DNA of 64,000 bases from positions 67,693 to 131,692 of the forward strand of contig MWST01000035.1 in assembly GCA_002050235.1 (NCBI GenBank), written 5' to 3'. The position numbers were made by a program, and so were the translations under genes. Shown piece by piece: positions 26,557-38,348 of the stretch. Below the pieces are notes generated by a model, which did not search any database, was not told the origin of the DNA, and saw nothing but the letters and a program-made list of their open reading frames with translations. The stretch comes from Polyangiaceae bacterium UTPRO1 (GTDB taxonomy: Bacteria > Desulfobacterota > Binatia > UTPRO1). Each line of letters begins with the position of its first letter. The stretch's first letter is position 1.

Positions 26557-29496
26557 ATGATGGCGAATCCGCTGGTCGAGCTGCAACATCTCGGACAGTC
26601 CCCCTGGCACGACAACATCAGTCGCGACCTCCTGACCTCGGGAAAGCTCGCGAAGATGGTCGCCGCCGGCGACATCACCGGACTAACCTCCAACCCGACG
26701 ATCTTCGAGCATGCGGTCGCTCGGAGCAAGGATTACGACGATGCCATCCGCGTCCTCGCCCGCAAGGGCAAGAACGCAGAAGACATCTTCGACGCCCTCG
26801 CGATCGAGGACATCCGCGCCGCCGCCGACGTGTTCGCGCCCGTGTACGCCCGCAGCGGCGGCGCCGACGGCTACGCCAGCATCGAAGTCGCACCGAAATT
26901 CGCGACCGACACGGAAGCGACGATCAAGGAAGCGCACCGCCTGTGGAAGGCCGTCGCACGCCCGAACCTGATGGTGAAGATCCCGGCGACGCGCGAAGGC
27001 GTCCCCGCCATCGCCCGCTGCATCGCCGACGGCCTGAACATCAACGTGACCCTCATTTTCTCGCTCGAGCGCTACGACGAGGTGATGGATGCCTACCTCG
27101 CCGGCCTCGAGAAGCGGCTCGCCGCCAGGAAGCCGATCGCCAGGATCGCATCGGTAGCGAGCTTCTTCGTGAGCCGTGTCGACACGGCCGTCGACGCGCA
27201 GCTCGAGCGGAAGATCGGCGAGGCGGGTCCCGACCAGCAGGCGCAGCTGCGGCAGCTCGTCGGCAAAGCGGGGATCGCCAACGCCAAGCTCGCTTACGCC
27301 GCTTTCCGCAGGAAGTTCGCCGGCGCGCGCTGGACGGCTCTAGCCGCCCAGGGAGCACGCCTGCAGCGCCCGCTCTGGGCCAGCACGTCGACCAAGAACC
27401 CCGCCTACCCCGACACCTACTACGTCGAGGCGCTGATCGGTCCGGACACCGTCGACACGCTGCCGCCGGCGACCATCGCCGCCTACAAAGACCACGGTAA
27501 GCCGGCGCCGCGGCTCGCAGAGGGCCTCGACGAAGCCGCCGCGATCCTGCAGCGCATCGAAGACGCCGGCATCAGCATGGCCGCCGTCACCCACAAGCTC
27601 GAGGTCGACGGCGTCGCCGCGTTCGCGAAGTCGTTCGAATCGCTGATCGCGGTCGTGTCGGCATCGCGCGAGGCGTTCCTGCTGACGGATCTCACCATGG
27701 CCAAGCTCGGATCATCGAACCGGGCGGTGCAGGCTACGCTCGCCGCGATGGATGCAGCGAGGCTTCCGGAGCGCCTCTGGAAGCAGGACCCGACGCTGTG
27801 GAAGGCGGACGATCCGACACACCAGGCCGAGATCGCGGCCCGCATGGGCTGGCTCGACGTCGCCGACCTCATGCTCGGTAAGGTGGACGAGCTCACCGCC
27901 TTCGCCGACGAAGTGCGCGCCGCCGGCTTCACCCGCGCCGTGCTCTGCGGCATGGGCGGCTCGTCGCTCGCCCCGGAAGTACTGCGGCGGACATTCGGCG
28001 TCGCCAAGGGCCACGTCGACGTGCAGGTGCTCGACTCGACCGATCCCGCGGCCGTCGCCGCCCGCGAACGCTGGAGCGATCCGGCGAAGACGCTCTACAT
28101 CGTGTCGTCGAAATCGGGCAGTACGACCGAGCCGAACGTCTTCTTTCAGTATTTCTACGATCGCGTGCGCAAGGCGCACGGCGACCAGGCCGGCCGGCAC
28201 TTCGTCGCCATCACCGATCCCGGCACGGCGATGGAAGCGCGAGCGCGAGCGCACGGTTTCCGGCGCGTCTTTCTGGCCCGGCCCGAGATCGGCGGGCGCT
28301 ACTCGGCGCTCTCGCATTTCGGTCTCGTGCCGGCGGCCCTCATGGGCATCGACGTCGCCAAGCTCCTGCAGCGTGCCAAGCGCATGATGCTCGCGTGCGG
28401 CCCGACGATCCCGGCAGCGCGCAATCCCGGGCTCTACCTCGGCGCCGTAATCGGGGCGCTTGCCAAGGCCGGCCGCGACAAGCTCACGTTCATAGTCGAC
28501 AGAAAGGTCGACACCTTCGGCTACTGGCTCGAACAGCTGATCGCCGAGTCGACCGGCAAGGAGGGTACCGGCGTCGTTCCCGTCGAGGGCGAGCCGGTCG
28601 GCCGCCCTGATGCCTATGGCAGGGACCGCGTCTTCGCCTACATCCGCCTCGACGGCAGCCAGGAGCGCGCCGTACAGAGCCTCGCCCGCGCCGGCCATCC
28701 GGTCGTGGCCTTCCGCTTGAAGGACGCCTACGACCTCGGCGGCGAGTTCCTGCGCTGGGAGATCGCGACGGCCGCGGCGGGCTGGGTGCTCGGCATCGAT
28801 CCCTTCGACCAGCCGAACGTGCAGGAGTCGAAAGACAACACCGTGCGGCTATTGCAGGTGTATCGGGATAGCGGCGCGCTTCCCGATCCCGGCGGCGTCG
28901 TCTCGGTGAACGCCACCGACTTCGCACGTCGCCTGGAGGCGCATCTCAAGCTGGTGCGCAAGGGCGACTACATCGCCGTGACCGCATACGTGGAGCGCAC
29001 CGGCGAGCGCGAGCAGATCCTGCGGCAGATCCGCGCCGCCCTCCGCGACCGCTCGCGGAACGCCACCACCGTCGGCTACGGCCCGCGCTTCCTGCACTCG
29101 ACCGGCCAGCTCCACAAGGGCGGCGCTGCGAACGGCGTCTTCATCCAGCTCTCGGCGGAGCCCGGCGAGGATCTGGCGATCCCGGGTGAAGCTTTCAGCT
29201 TCGCTACGCTCGAAGCGGCGCAAGCCCTCGGCGACTACCAATCGCTGGCTGCGCGCGGCCGGCGAGTGCTCCGCGTATCGCTCGGCGTCGACGTCGACCT
29301 CGGCCTGCGAACGATCCTCGCGGTCGTCGGGGGCAGCGCGCCCAAGCGGCGCCGAACCACGGTGAAGAAGAAGCCCGCGGCGCCGAAAACGAAGACCAAG
29401 ACCAAGCCCGTACGCCCGCAGCCCGCGAAGACGCGGCGGCCGACCCCGAAGACCAAGAGCGCGCGGCGTCGGACGCGGGCGCGGCGCGGCCGATGA
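26557..29496 (+). CDS. tal: bifunctional transaldolase / glucose-6-phosphate isomerase with basic C-terminal tail
   Basis: Transaldolase blocks GQSPWHDNISR, TSNPTIF and MVKIPAT. PGI blocks GMGGSSLAPEV, SKSGSTTEP and GGRYSALS. GGAGG lies just upstream of ATG 26557/26560, and the track start 26542 is also possible. Confidence 0.85.
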   Translation: MMANPLVELQHLGQSPWHDNISRDLLTSGKLAKMVAAGDITGLTSNPTIFEHAVARSKDYDDAIRVLARKGKNAEDIFDALAIEDIRAAADVFAPVYARSGGADGYASIEVAPKFATDTEATIKEAHRLWKAVARPNLMVKIPATREGVPAIARCIADGLNINVTLIFSLERYDEVMDAYLAGLEKRLAARKPIARIASVASFFVSRVDTAVDAQLERKIGEAGPDQQAQLRQLVGKAGIANAKLAYAAFRRKFAGARWTALAAQGARLQRPLWASTSTKNPAYPDTYYVEALIGPDTVDTLPPATIAAYKDHGKPAPRLAEGLDEAAAILQRIEDAGISMAAVTHKLEVDGVAAFAKSFESLIAVVSASREAFLLTDLTMAKLGSSNRAVQATLAAMDAARLPERLWKQDPTLWKADDPTHQAEIAARMGWLDVADLMLGKVDELTAFADEVRAAGFTRAVLCGMGGSSLAPEVLRRTFGVAKGHVDVQVLDSTDPAAVAARERWSDPAKTLYIVSSKSGSTTEPNVFFQYFYDRVRKAHGDQAGRHFVAITDPGTAMEARARAHGFRRVFLARPEIGGRYSALSHFGLVPAALMGIDVAKLLQRAKRMMLACGPTIPAARNPGLYLGAVIGALAKAGRDKLTFIVDRKVDTFGYWLEQLIAESTGKEGTGVVPVEGEPVGRPDAYGRDRVFAYIRLDGSQERAVQSLARAGHPVVAFRLKDAYDLGGEFLRWEIATAAAGWVLGIDPFDQPNVQESKDNTVRLLQVYRDSGALPDPGGVVSVNATDFARRLEAHLKLVRKGDYIAVTAYVERTGEREQILRQIRAALRDRSRNATTVGYGPRFLHSTGQLHKGGAANGVFIQLSAEPGEDLAIPGEAFSFATLEAAQALGDYQSLAARGRRVLRVSLGVDVDLGLRTILAVVGGSAPKRRRTTVKKKPAAPKTKTKTKPVRPQPAKTRRPTPKTKSARRRTRARRGR

Positions 29497-31094
29497 GCAC
29501 GCCGGTGCCGGTACGCGGCAAGACCGGAGTCTCGATCAAGCGCACCGAGGGCCCGGATCCCGGCGTCGAGGCGATCCGCGCCAAAGATCCGGTGACGATC
29601 GTGATCTTCGGCGCCTCGGGTGATCTCGCGAAGCGGAAGCTCCTGCCGGCGCTCTACCACCTGCACTGCGGCGGCTATCTCCCGGAGCGCTACGCGGTCG
29701 TCGGCTTCTCCCGCACGCGGCTCAGCGACGACGCCTATCGCGACAGCATGCTGACGGCGCTGCACGCTCAGGTGCCGGGCGAGACCATCGCTGCCGACCA
29801 CCCGATCGTCCAGGCGCTGTACTATCAGCCGGGGGACGCCGACGATCCGCAGACCTTCCAGGCGCTCCGCTCCCGACTCGAGAAGATCGAGCAGGAGCGG
29901 GGTCTGCCCGGGAACCGCCTCTTCTACCTGTCGGTCGCTCCGGAGTTCTTTCCGCTCATCCTCGAGAACCTCGCGGCCGCGGGTCTGATCCGCCAGAAGA
30001 GCGACGCCGTCTGGTCGCGAGTCATCATCGAGAAGCCCTTCGGCACCGACCTCGCGAGCGCGCGGGCCCTGAACGCCATCGTCGCCGCGACCCTCGACGA
30101 GAGTCAGATCTACCGCATCGACCACTACCTCGGGAAGGAGACCGTCCAGAACATCTTGAGCTTCCGCTTCGGCAACTCGATCTTCGAGCCGCTCTTCAAC
30201 CAGAAGTACGTCGACAACGTGCAGATCACGGTCGCCGAGGAGCTCGGCATGGAGGGGCGGCGCGGCGCCTACTACGACGGCGCCGGCACCATCCGCGACA
30301 TGGTGCAGAACCACATCCTCCAACTCTTCTGTCTGATCGCCATGGAGCCGCCGTCGGCGCTCGAGGCGCAGGCGATCCGCGACGAGAAGGTGAAAGTCCT
30401 GCGCGCGCTCGTGCCCATGACCCGCAAGGAGGTGGCGGCGAACACCGTCCGCGGCCAGTACGGCATGGGCGAGAAGGGCGGGCAGGTCGTGAAGGGATAC
30501 CGCCAGGAGGACGGCGTCGACCCGCAGTCGATCACCGAGACGTTCCTGGCGCTGCGCATGAAGGTCGACAACTGGCGCTGGGCCGGCGTGCCGTTCTTCC
30601 TGCGCTCCGGCAAGCGGCTCGCCAAGCGCGTCTCCGAGATCGTCGTCGAGTTCAAGCAGCCCCCGCTGCACCTCTTCCGTTACCTCGGCGACAAGGACGA
30701 CGCGATCGTCGCCCGCCCGATGTCGAACGTCATCGTCATGCGCATCCAGCCCGACGAGGGCATCAGCCTCTCGATCGCGTGCAAGCAGCCCGGCATGCGC
30801 ATCCACCTCCAGGAAGTCGAGATGGACTTCTTCTACGGCGAGGCCTTCCACGAGCGCTCGCCCGAGGCCTACGAGCGCCTGCTCCTCGACGCTCTCCGCG
30901 GCGACGCCTCGCTGTTCACGCGCTCCGACGAGGTCGAGTACTCGTGGCGCTTCGTCACCGCGATCCTCGACGCCTGGGCGGACCTGCCGCCGCCGGGCTT
31001 TCCCAACTACTACCCGTTCAGCGACGGGCCCGACGAGGCCAATCGACTGCTCGCGGGCACGCAGGCGCGCTGGCGGCCGCTGCGCGAGTCGTAG
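29493..31094 (+). CDS. zwf: glucose-6-phosphate dehydrogenase
   Basis: Motifs FGASGDLAKRKLLPALY, EKPFG and RIDHYLGKE. The ATG overlaps the tal-pgi stop (ATGA). Confidence 0.9.
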   Translation: MSTPVPVRGKTGVSIKRTEGPDPGVEAIRAKDPVTIVIFGASGDLAKRKLLPALYHLHCGGYLPERYAVVGFSRTRLSDDAYRDSMLTALHAQVPGETIAADHPIVQALYYQPGDADDPQTFQALRSRLEKIEQERGLPGNRLFYLSVAPEFFPLILENLAAAGLIRQKSDAVWSRVIIEKPFGTDLASARALNAIVAATLDESQIYRIDHYLGKETVQNILSFRFGNSIFEPLFNQKYVDNVQITVAEELGMEGRRGAYYDGAGTIRDMVQNHILQLFCLIAMEPPSALEAQAIRDEKVKVLRALVPMTRKEVAANTVRGQYGMGEKGGQVVKGYRQEDGVDPQSITETFLALRMKVDNWRWAGVPFFLRSGKRLAKRVSEIVVEFKQPPLHLFRYLGDKDDAIVARPMSNVIVMRIQPDEGISLSIACKQPGMRIHLQEVEMDFFYGEAFHERSPEAYERLLLDALRGDASLFTRSDEVEYSWRFVTAILDAWADLPPPGFPNYYPFSDGPDEANRLLAGTQARWRPLRES

Positions 31095-31146
31095 GAGCGG
31101 CCGCCAGCGTCGTCAGGCGCACGCCGCCGCGCGCCGGCGCCGCCCG

Positions 31147-32154
31147 TCACTTCTCGTGGTGGCCGCCGAAGGCAAAGCGCATCGCCGAGAGCACGCGGTC
31201 CTGGAACCCGGCCTCGCCGCGCGAGGCGAAGCGCTCCATGAGCGCCGCCGCCAGCACGTGCGCCGGCACCGCCTCGTCGATCGCCGCGTCCAGGGTCCAG
31301 CGTCCCTCGCCCGAGTCCGAGACGCGGCCGGAGAAGCCGTCGAGCCCGGGATCGGACGCGAAGGCCTGCGCCGTCAGGTCGAGGAGCCACGAGGCGATGA
31401 CGCTCCCGCGCCGCCACACCTCGGTGATGTCGGCGAGATCGAAGTCGTAACGGTAGTACTGCGAGTCGCGGAGCGGCGTCGTCTCGGCATCGGCCGCCGC
31501 AGACGCCTTGCCGACGTTGGCGTGCCGCAGGACGTTCAGGCCCTCGGCGTACGCCGCCATCAAGCCGTACTCGATGCCGTTGTGGACCATCTTCACGAAG
31601 TGGCCGGCCCCGGCGGGACCGCAGTGCAGATACCCCTGCTCGGCCGTGCCCGCGCGGCCCTCGCGCCCGGGCGTCGGCGCAAGCGTCCCCTTGCCGGGCG
31701 CCAGCGTCGCGAAAATCGGATCGAGGCGGCGGACTATTTCATGCTCACCGCCGATCATGAGGCAGTACCCGCGCTCGAGCCCCCAGACGCCGCCGCTGGT
31801 TCCGCAGTCGACGTAGTGGATGGCGCTCGCGGCGAGGCGCTTCGCGCGCTCGACGTCGTCACGGTAGAACGAGTTGCCGCCGTCGACCACGACGTCGCCC
31901 GGCGCGAGCTGCGGCTCCAGCTCGGCGAGGGTGCGGTCGACGATCGCGGCCGGCACCATGAGCCAGACGGCGCGCGGCGGCGTCAGCGCCGATACCAGCT
32001 CGGCTAGCGAGTGCACGCCCGTAGCGCCCTCCCTGGTGATCGCCTCGACCGCCGCCGGAACGACGTCGTAGGCCACCACCGCATGGCCGCCGCGCAGTAG
32101 GCGCCGGGTCATGTTGGCCCCCATCCGTCCCATACCGATCATGCCGATCTGCAT
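31147..32154 (-). CDS. gnd: 6-phosphogluconate dehydrogenase (decarboxylating, short form)
   Basis: Start at MQIGMIGMGRMG (Rossmann GxGxxG), ATG 32152-32154. Also DGGNS and CGTSGG blocks. The track's upstream extension is rejected. Confidence 0.85.
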   Translation of the reverse strand: MQIGMIGMGRMGANMTRRLLRGGHAVVAYDVVPAAVEAITREGATGVHSLAELVSALTPPRAVWLMVPAAIVDRTLAELEPQLAPGDVVVDGGNSFYRDDVERAKRLAASAIHYVDCGTSGGVWGLERGYCLMIGGEHEIVRRLDPIFATLAPGKGTLAPTPGREGRAGTAEQGYLHCGPAGAGHFVKMVHNGIEYGLMAAYAEGLNVLRHANVGKASAAADAETTPLRDSQYYRYDFDLADITEVWRRGSVIASWLLDLTAQAFASDPGLDGFSGRVSDSGEGRWTLDAAIDEAVPAHVLAAALMERFASRGEAGFQDRVLSAMRFAFGGHHEK

Positions 32155-32158
32155 TTCG

Positions 32159-32662
32159 TCACTCTCCTTCGCTGGCTCGTTGCGGTCGCTTGAGCTTCGG
32201 CTCGATGCCGGCTTCGAGAAAGGGCTCGATCCAGCCGTGGCCGGCATCGGGCCAGGCGTCGAACCGCGGTAGATAGGGCTTGATGTCGAGTATCGGCGTC
32301 CCGTCGAGGAGGTCGAGGCCGCGGACGCGGATCTCGCCGCGCTCGAGGTCGACCGACTCCAGACCGACGCTGGTGAGCCCGAGCGGCGATGGACGATCGG
32401 GGGCGCGGGTAGCGAAGAGCCCCCGCTTCGGCCCGCCGCGCGGCGGCCGCACCTTGGCGCCCCAGCCGCCGCTACGGTGGAAATGGAAGATCAGCCAGAT
32501 CCGTCCGAAGCCCGCCAGGTCCGCGAGCGCCGCGCGATACGGCGGCGCGATCTCGATGACCCCCGCCGCATCCGGTGCGGCCGCAGGCTGGTGCGGCGCG
32601 TCCTCGCGGCGCCTCCACGGCGTCCGGGCGCGGCCGATGATGTGCAGCCCGAGAGCGATCAC
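32159..32662 (-). CDS. trmO: tRNA (m6t6A37) methyltransferase TrmO/TsaA family
   Basis: 167 aa with ATRAPDRPSPLGLTSV and DGTPILDIKPY, typical of the YaeB/TsaA fold. Confidence 0.75.
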   Translation of the reverse strand: MIALGLHIIGRARTPWRRREDAPHQPAAAPDAAGVIEIAPPYRAALADLAGFGRIWLIFHFHRSGGWGAKVRPPRGGPKRGLFATRAPDRPSPLGLTSVGLESVDLERGEIRVRGLDLLDGTPILDIKPYLPRFDAWPDAGHGWIEPFLEAGIEPKLKRPQRASEGE

Positions 32663-32707
32663 TGCCGACGTCTTAGCGCCGGCGAGCGCAAATCGCGACC
32701 GCTGCCG

Positions 32708-35035
32708 CTACTTCACCACGGGCTTGGCGCACTTCGGCCCGACGATGTCGACCGCCGACTTCTCGACCGTGAGGGTCGCGCTCTCGGGATCGAAGCGACA
32801 GAGATCGAGACAGCCCGCCTTGCTGGAGAGATCGCACATCCAGTGCTTGGCGGCGGGCAGAGGATTCGTCGTCGCCGGATAGAGCACCGCCTCCTGCGGC
32901 GTCGAGTGGTAGCTCAGATCGGAGCAGATGCCGGCCTCGACGAGGGCCGGATGGCAGCGCGGTCCCTGGGTACACTCGCCGGCGCCGTGTCCGGGGTTGG
33001 GCGCGCACATGTCGATGTCGTGCTGACCGACCGTGACGCAGATGTTGCACGGAAAGAGGAGATCGCGGTCGAGCACGCTCCCGTCTCCCGGCGTGAACGA
33101 CGGCGGCGGGTGCGGCTGCTCGGGAACCGGTTCGGTCAGGCACTCCTCGATGAACGCCGGTCCGTCGACGTCGCCATGGAAGGTACGGATCGGGCCGTCG
33201 AACTCCGGCGCCGCCGGAGGAGCGGAGCTCGACCCGGCGCGCGCCTCACGCCATTTTCCGTGCTGGCGCGAGTCGTCGTCACCTTTGTCGACCGGAACCG
33301 AGAAGTCGGGATGGATGTCGATGAGGGTGATGTCGTCGAGCGGCGACGGCAGATCGATCACGGCTACGAGGTCGAGCCCGGCGTCGACGACGAAGGAGCC
33401 GGCGGCGCTGGCGCCGTCGCGGAGCACGAGCTGAGCATAGTGTCTCAGGCCGTCGTCGAGCTGGTAGACGCCGCCTTCGGACGAGAAGATCCCGAGCTGT
33501 CCAGCCACTGCGGCGTCGGCCTTCGGCTTGATCCAGATCTTGAACCACAGGTCGACGCCGCTGCCCTTGAGCCACGACGGCAAGATGTCCGTCGGGGAGT
33601 AGGCGATCTCCGCCTCGGCGCGGACGTGGAAGTTCGCTTGCTTCTCCCCGGTGCTGCGCGCCGCCCCGAGGTCCAGATCCGGCCGCCTCGCGTTCACATT
33701 GCCGCCGGGGCTCCACTCGCTCGTCCACGGGCGCGCATCGCGACTGCCGAATCCCATCTGGCTGTCCCAGCCGACGCCGTCGGTCAGAGCCCGAGGCTGG
33801 GACGAGAAGACGACGCCGGGAATACGTCCGTAGCGATCGTAGAAACGGACAGGCGGATGAGCGACGGAATCGACGAAGCGCGCATCGAGCGGACCGATCG
33901 TCTGGTCCTTCTGTATCGAGCTGCCGAACGGCGAGAGTACGGTGCCGAGATTCGACCAGAACTGGATCTGCGGCTGGACGTTGACCGGTCCGTACGGCGT
34001 CACCACGGTGATCACCGGAGCCGCGAGCCCGAGGTAGCGCGCCGACTCGTCGGCGATGACGTCGAGCGCGTACGCGGACTTCACGGGATAGGACCCGCAG
34101 GACTGCCCCAAAGGATGCGCGGGACAGCTCGCGGCGAGCCGTACGAGGATCTCCTGGCCGACGCCGCTCAAGCACCCGAAGACCGGCACGCAGAAGTCGA
34201 GATTCTGATAGATGCTCACCGCACGCTGGTCGACGTCGAAGGCACGAAAGGCGATTTCCTGGTCGATCGAGACCTTGCCGATCCCGATATCGACGCTGGC
34301 GCTGTTGCTGTGGGCCCCATTGGCGAGATCCTTCAGGATGCAGAGTCCGGCCTGCGCCATGATCTCGCCGCGGCCGCCGAACCGGTTCCAGCTCGCCGGC
34401 TGCTTCACCGAAGGAAAGAGCGTGACGCCGGTGAAGATCTCCTGCGCCCGCCGTCCGCAGGTAGCGCTGGTGGAGAGACAGGGCGATCCCTGCAAGACTT
34501 CGCAGATCTCGCCGAGCACCTGGGCGAGATCCTCGGTGCTCGAGTCGCACGTCATGCTCGTGTAGATCTCCTGACCGTCCTCGAGCGGCTCGAGGCCGGT
34601 GTCGACGCACGTGATCGCCGCCTCGCCCTTGACCTTCCATCCGCCTTTCGGTGGCTTGGCAGTGACGCTCCGCGGCAGGTAGAAGCGGCCGGTCAGCTCG
34701 CTGCAGGAACCGTTCGTGGTGGCGCGCAGCCGCACCTTGCCGTCGATACCGTCGCAGTCGGTCCAGATCGCGCTCACCCGCATGCCCGATCGCCCGGGCT
34801 TGAGGGAGCCGGGCACCGCCGGACAGACGCCCGGGATCGAAACCATGCCGTCGGCAATGACGACGGCCGGCCAGTTCCGTCCGGTCGCCCGGTCGTCGCT
34901 CGTGAGCGGTCCGTCGGCGAAGACGAACTGAGCGCGCCCGCATTCGACGCGGGGCTTGCGCTTGGCGAAGGCCGGCGCGGCAATGCAGAGCACCGCGACC
35001 CCGACCGTCAGGCAGAGCATCCGCGAGGGAGGCAT
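32708..35035 (-). CDS. large Cys-rich secreted protein, no recognisable family
   Basis: Start taken at MPPSRMLCLTVGVAVLCIAAPAFA (ATG at 35033-35035; alternative ATG at 35020). About 25 Cys in the mature protein by my count. They cluster in the N-terminal ~330 aa and the C-terminal ~130 aa, with none in the central ~330 aa. Confidence 0.6.
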   Translation of the reverse strand: MPPSRMLCLTVGVAVLCIAAPAFAKRKPRVECGRAQFVFADGPLTSDDRATGRNWPAVVIADGMVSIPGVCPAVPGSLKPGRSGMRVSAIWTDCDGIDGKVRLRATTNGSCSELTGRFYLPRSVTAKPPKGGWKVKGEAAITCVDTGLEPLEDGQEIYTSMTCDSSTEDLAQVLGEICEVLQGSPCLSTSATCGRRAQEIFTGVTLFPSVKQPASWNRFGGRGEIMAQAGLCILKDLANGAHSNSASVDIGIGKVSIDQEIAFRAFDVDQRAVSIYQNLDFCVPVFGCLSGVGQEILVRLAASCPAHPLGQSCGSYPVKSAYALDVIADESARYLGLAAPVITVVTPYGPVNVQPQIQFWSNLGTVLSPFGSSIQKDQTIGPLDARFVDSVAHPPVRFYDRYGRIPGVVFSSQPRALTDGVGWDSQMGFGSRDARPWTSEWSPGGNVNARRPDLDLGAARSTGEKQANFHVRAEAEIAYSPTDILPSWLKGSGVDLWFKIWIKPKADAAVAGQLGIFSSEGGVYQLDDGLRHYAQLVLRDGASAAGSFVVDAGLDLVAVIDLPSPLDDITLIDIHPDFSVPVDKGDDDSRQHGKWREARAGSSSAPPAAPEFDGPIRTFHGDVDGPAFIEECLTEPVPEQPHPPPSFTPGDGSVLDRDLLFPCNICVTVGQHDIDMCAPNPGHGAGECTQGPRCHPALVEAGICSDLSYHSTPQEAVLYPATTNPLPAAKHWMCDLSSKAGCLDLCRFDPESATLTVEKSAVDIVGPKCAKPVVK

Positions 35036-35384
35036 ACGGCCGCCCGGGTACCAGCGCTGTGCCATGGAACCCATGACACCTGCCATGGCGAAGGCCGACA
35101 TCCATCATCTCGCGGCGGCGTCCCGACCCTTCCAGGATAGCCCGGGCGGCCCCCGGGACGCGGCCCGCTCGCAATTCCGGCGGGCCGGTGCTAAGAAGCG
35201 CCGATTTTCGAACCGGCCGCTCGGCGCGGCCGGCGAGTTTCGTCGGGAGTGCGCAGAAGCGCTCGCGAGAAGAGGCAGGCGTCAGGGTGTCCTTGCCTTC
35301 TCGTCCGGGCGGCCAACCACTCGAAACCTTGGAGGACGGGGCCGCCAATTCTCCCCGCCTCGAGTTTTTGGAGGAGGCACCCGT

Positions 35385-37814
<2,430 letters not shown>

Positions 37815-37837
37815 CTGCAGCGGTCAGGAGGTTGACC

Positions 37838-38287
37838 ATGAGGGTCGTTGCAATGTTCGCTGCCGGATTGGCGCTAGCGGTCGGAGGCGTGCTCACCTCT
37901 GCGGCGCAGCCCTCACCGGCTGCGGCGGGTCGGAACTACGATCCGAGCACGGTCGAAACGATCAAGGGTCGGATCATGAGCATCGACCACGTTTCGTCAC
38001 CAGGGAGAGGGCGGAGTGGCGGGGTGCACATGACGATCGAGACCGGCAAGGAAAAGGTCGCCGTGCACCTCGGGCCCGCGTGGTATGTCGACGCGCACCC
38101 ACCCCGACTCCAGAGCGGCGACGAGGTCGAGGTGGAGGGATCACGTGTGTCGATCGACGGGCAGCGGGCGCTCGTCGCTCGCGAGGTGCGAAAGGACGGG
38201 CAGGTGCTCACGCTTCGCAATGCCGCCGGCGTTCCGGCCTGGGCGGGCTACGGCGGTGGACGCCGCGAAGGCCGACCGCGGCGCTGA
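37838..38287 (+). CDS. small periplasmic protein, unknown function
   Basis: AGGAGG lies 6 nt upstream of ATG 37838. Signal peptide MRVVAMFAAGLALAVGGVLTSAAQP. 149 aa, 23 nt downstream of hppA. Confidence 0.55.
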   Translation: MRVVAMFAAGLALAVGGVLTSAAQPSPAAAGRNYDPSTVETIKGRIMSIDHVSSPGRGRSGGVHMTIETGKEKVAVHLGPAWYVDAHPPRLQSGDEVEVEGSRVSIDGQRALVAREVRKDGQVLTLRNAAGVPAWAGYGGGRREGRPRR

Positions 38288-38324
38288 CGGCAAGGGACGA
38301 GGCCGTACGCCGTTCCTCTGACGC

Positions 38325-38348
38325 CGTGGCCCGGGTAGTCGGGCCACG
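38325..38348. terminator. hairpin between convergent genes
   Basis: 9-bp stem cgtggcccg / cgggccacg with a 6-nt loop. It abuts the stop of the minus-strand permease (38349) and lies 38 nt after the plus-strand stop at 38287. Confidence 0.35.

Noticed and set aside
32477-35348. 887-aa plus-strand ORF (32477..35140) and 689-aa minus-strand ORF (33279..35348) overlapping the Cys-rich protein gene
   Set aside because: Both are Arg-rich with no signal peptide or motifs. The 32708..35035 frame has balanced composition, a signal peptide and high GC3.
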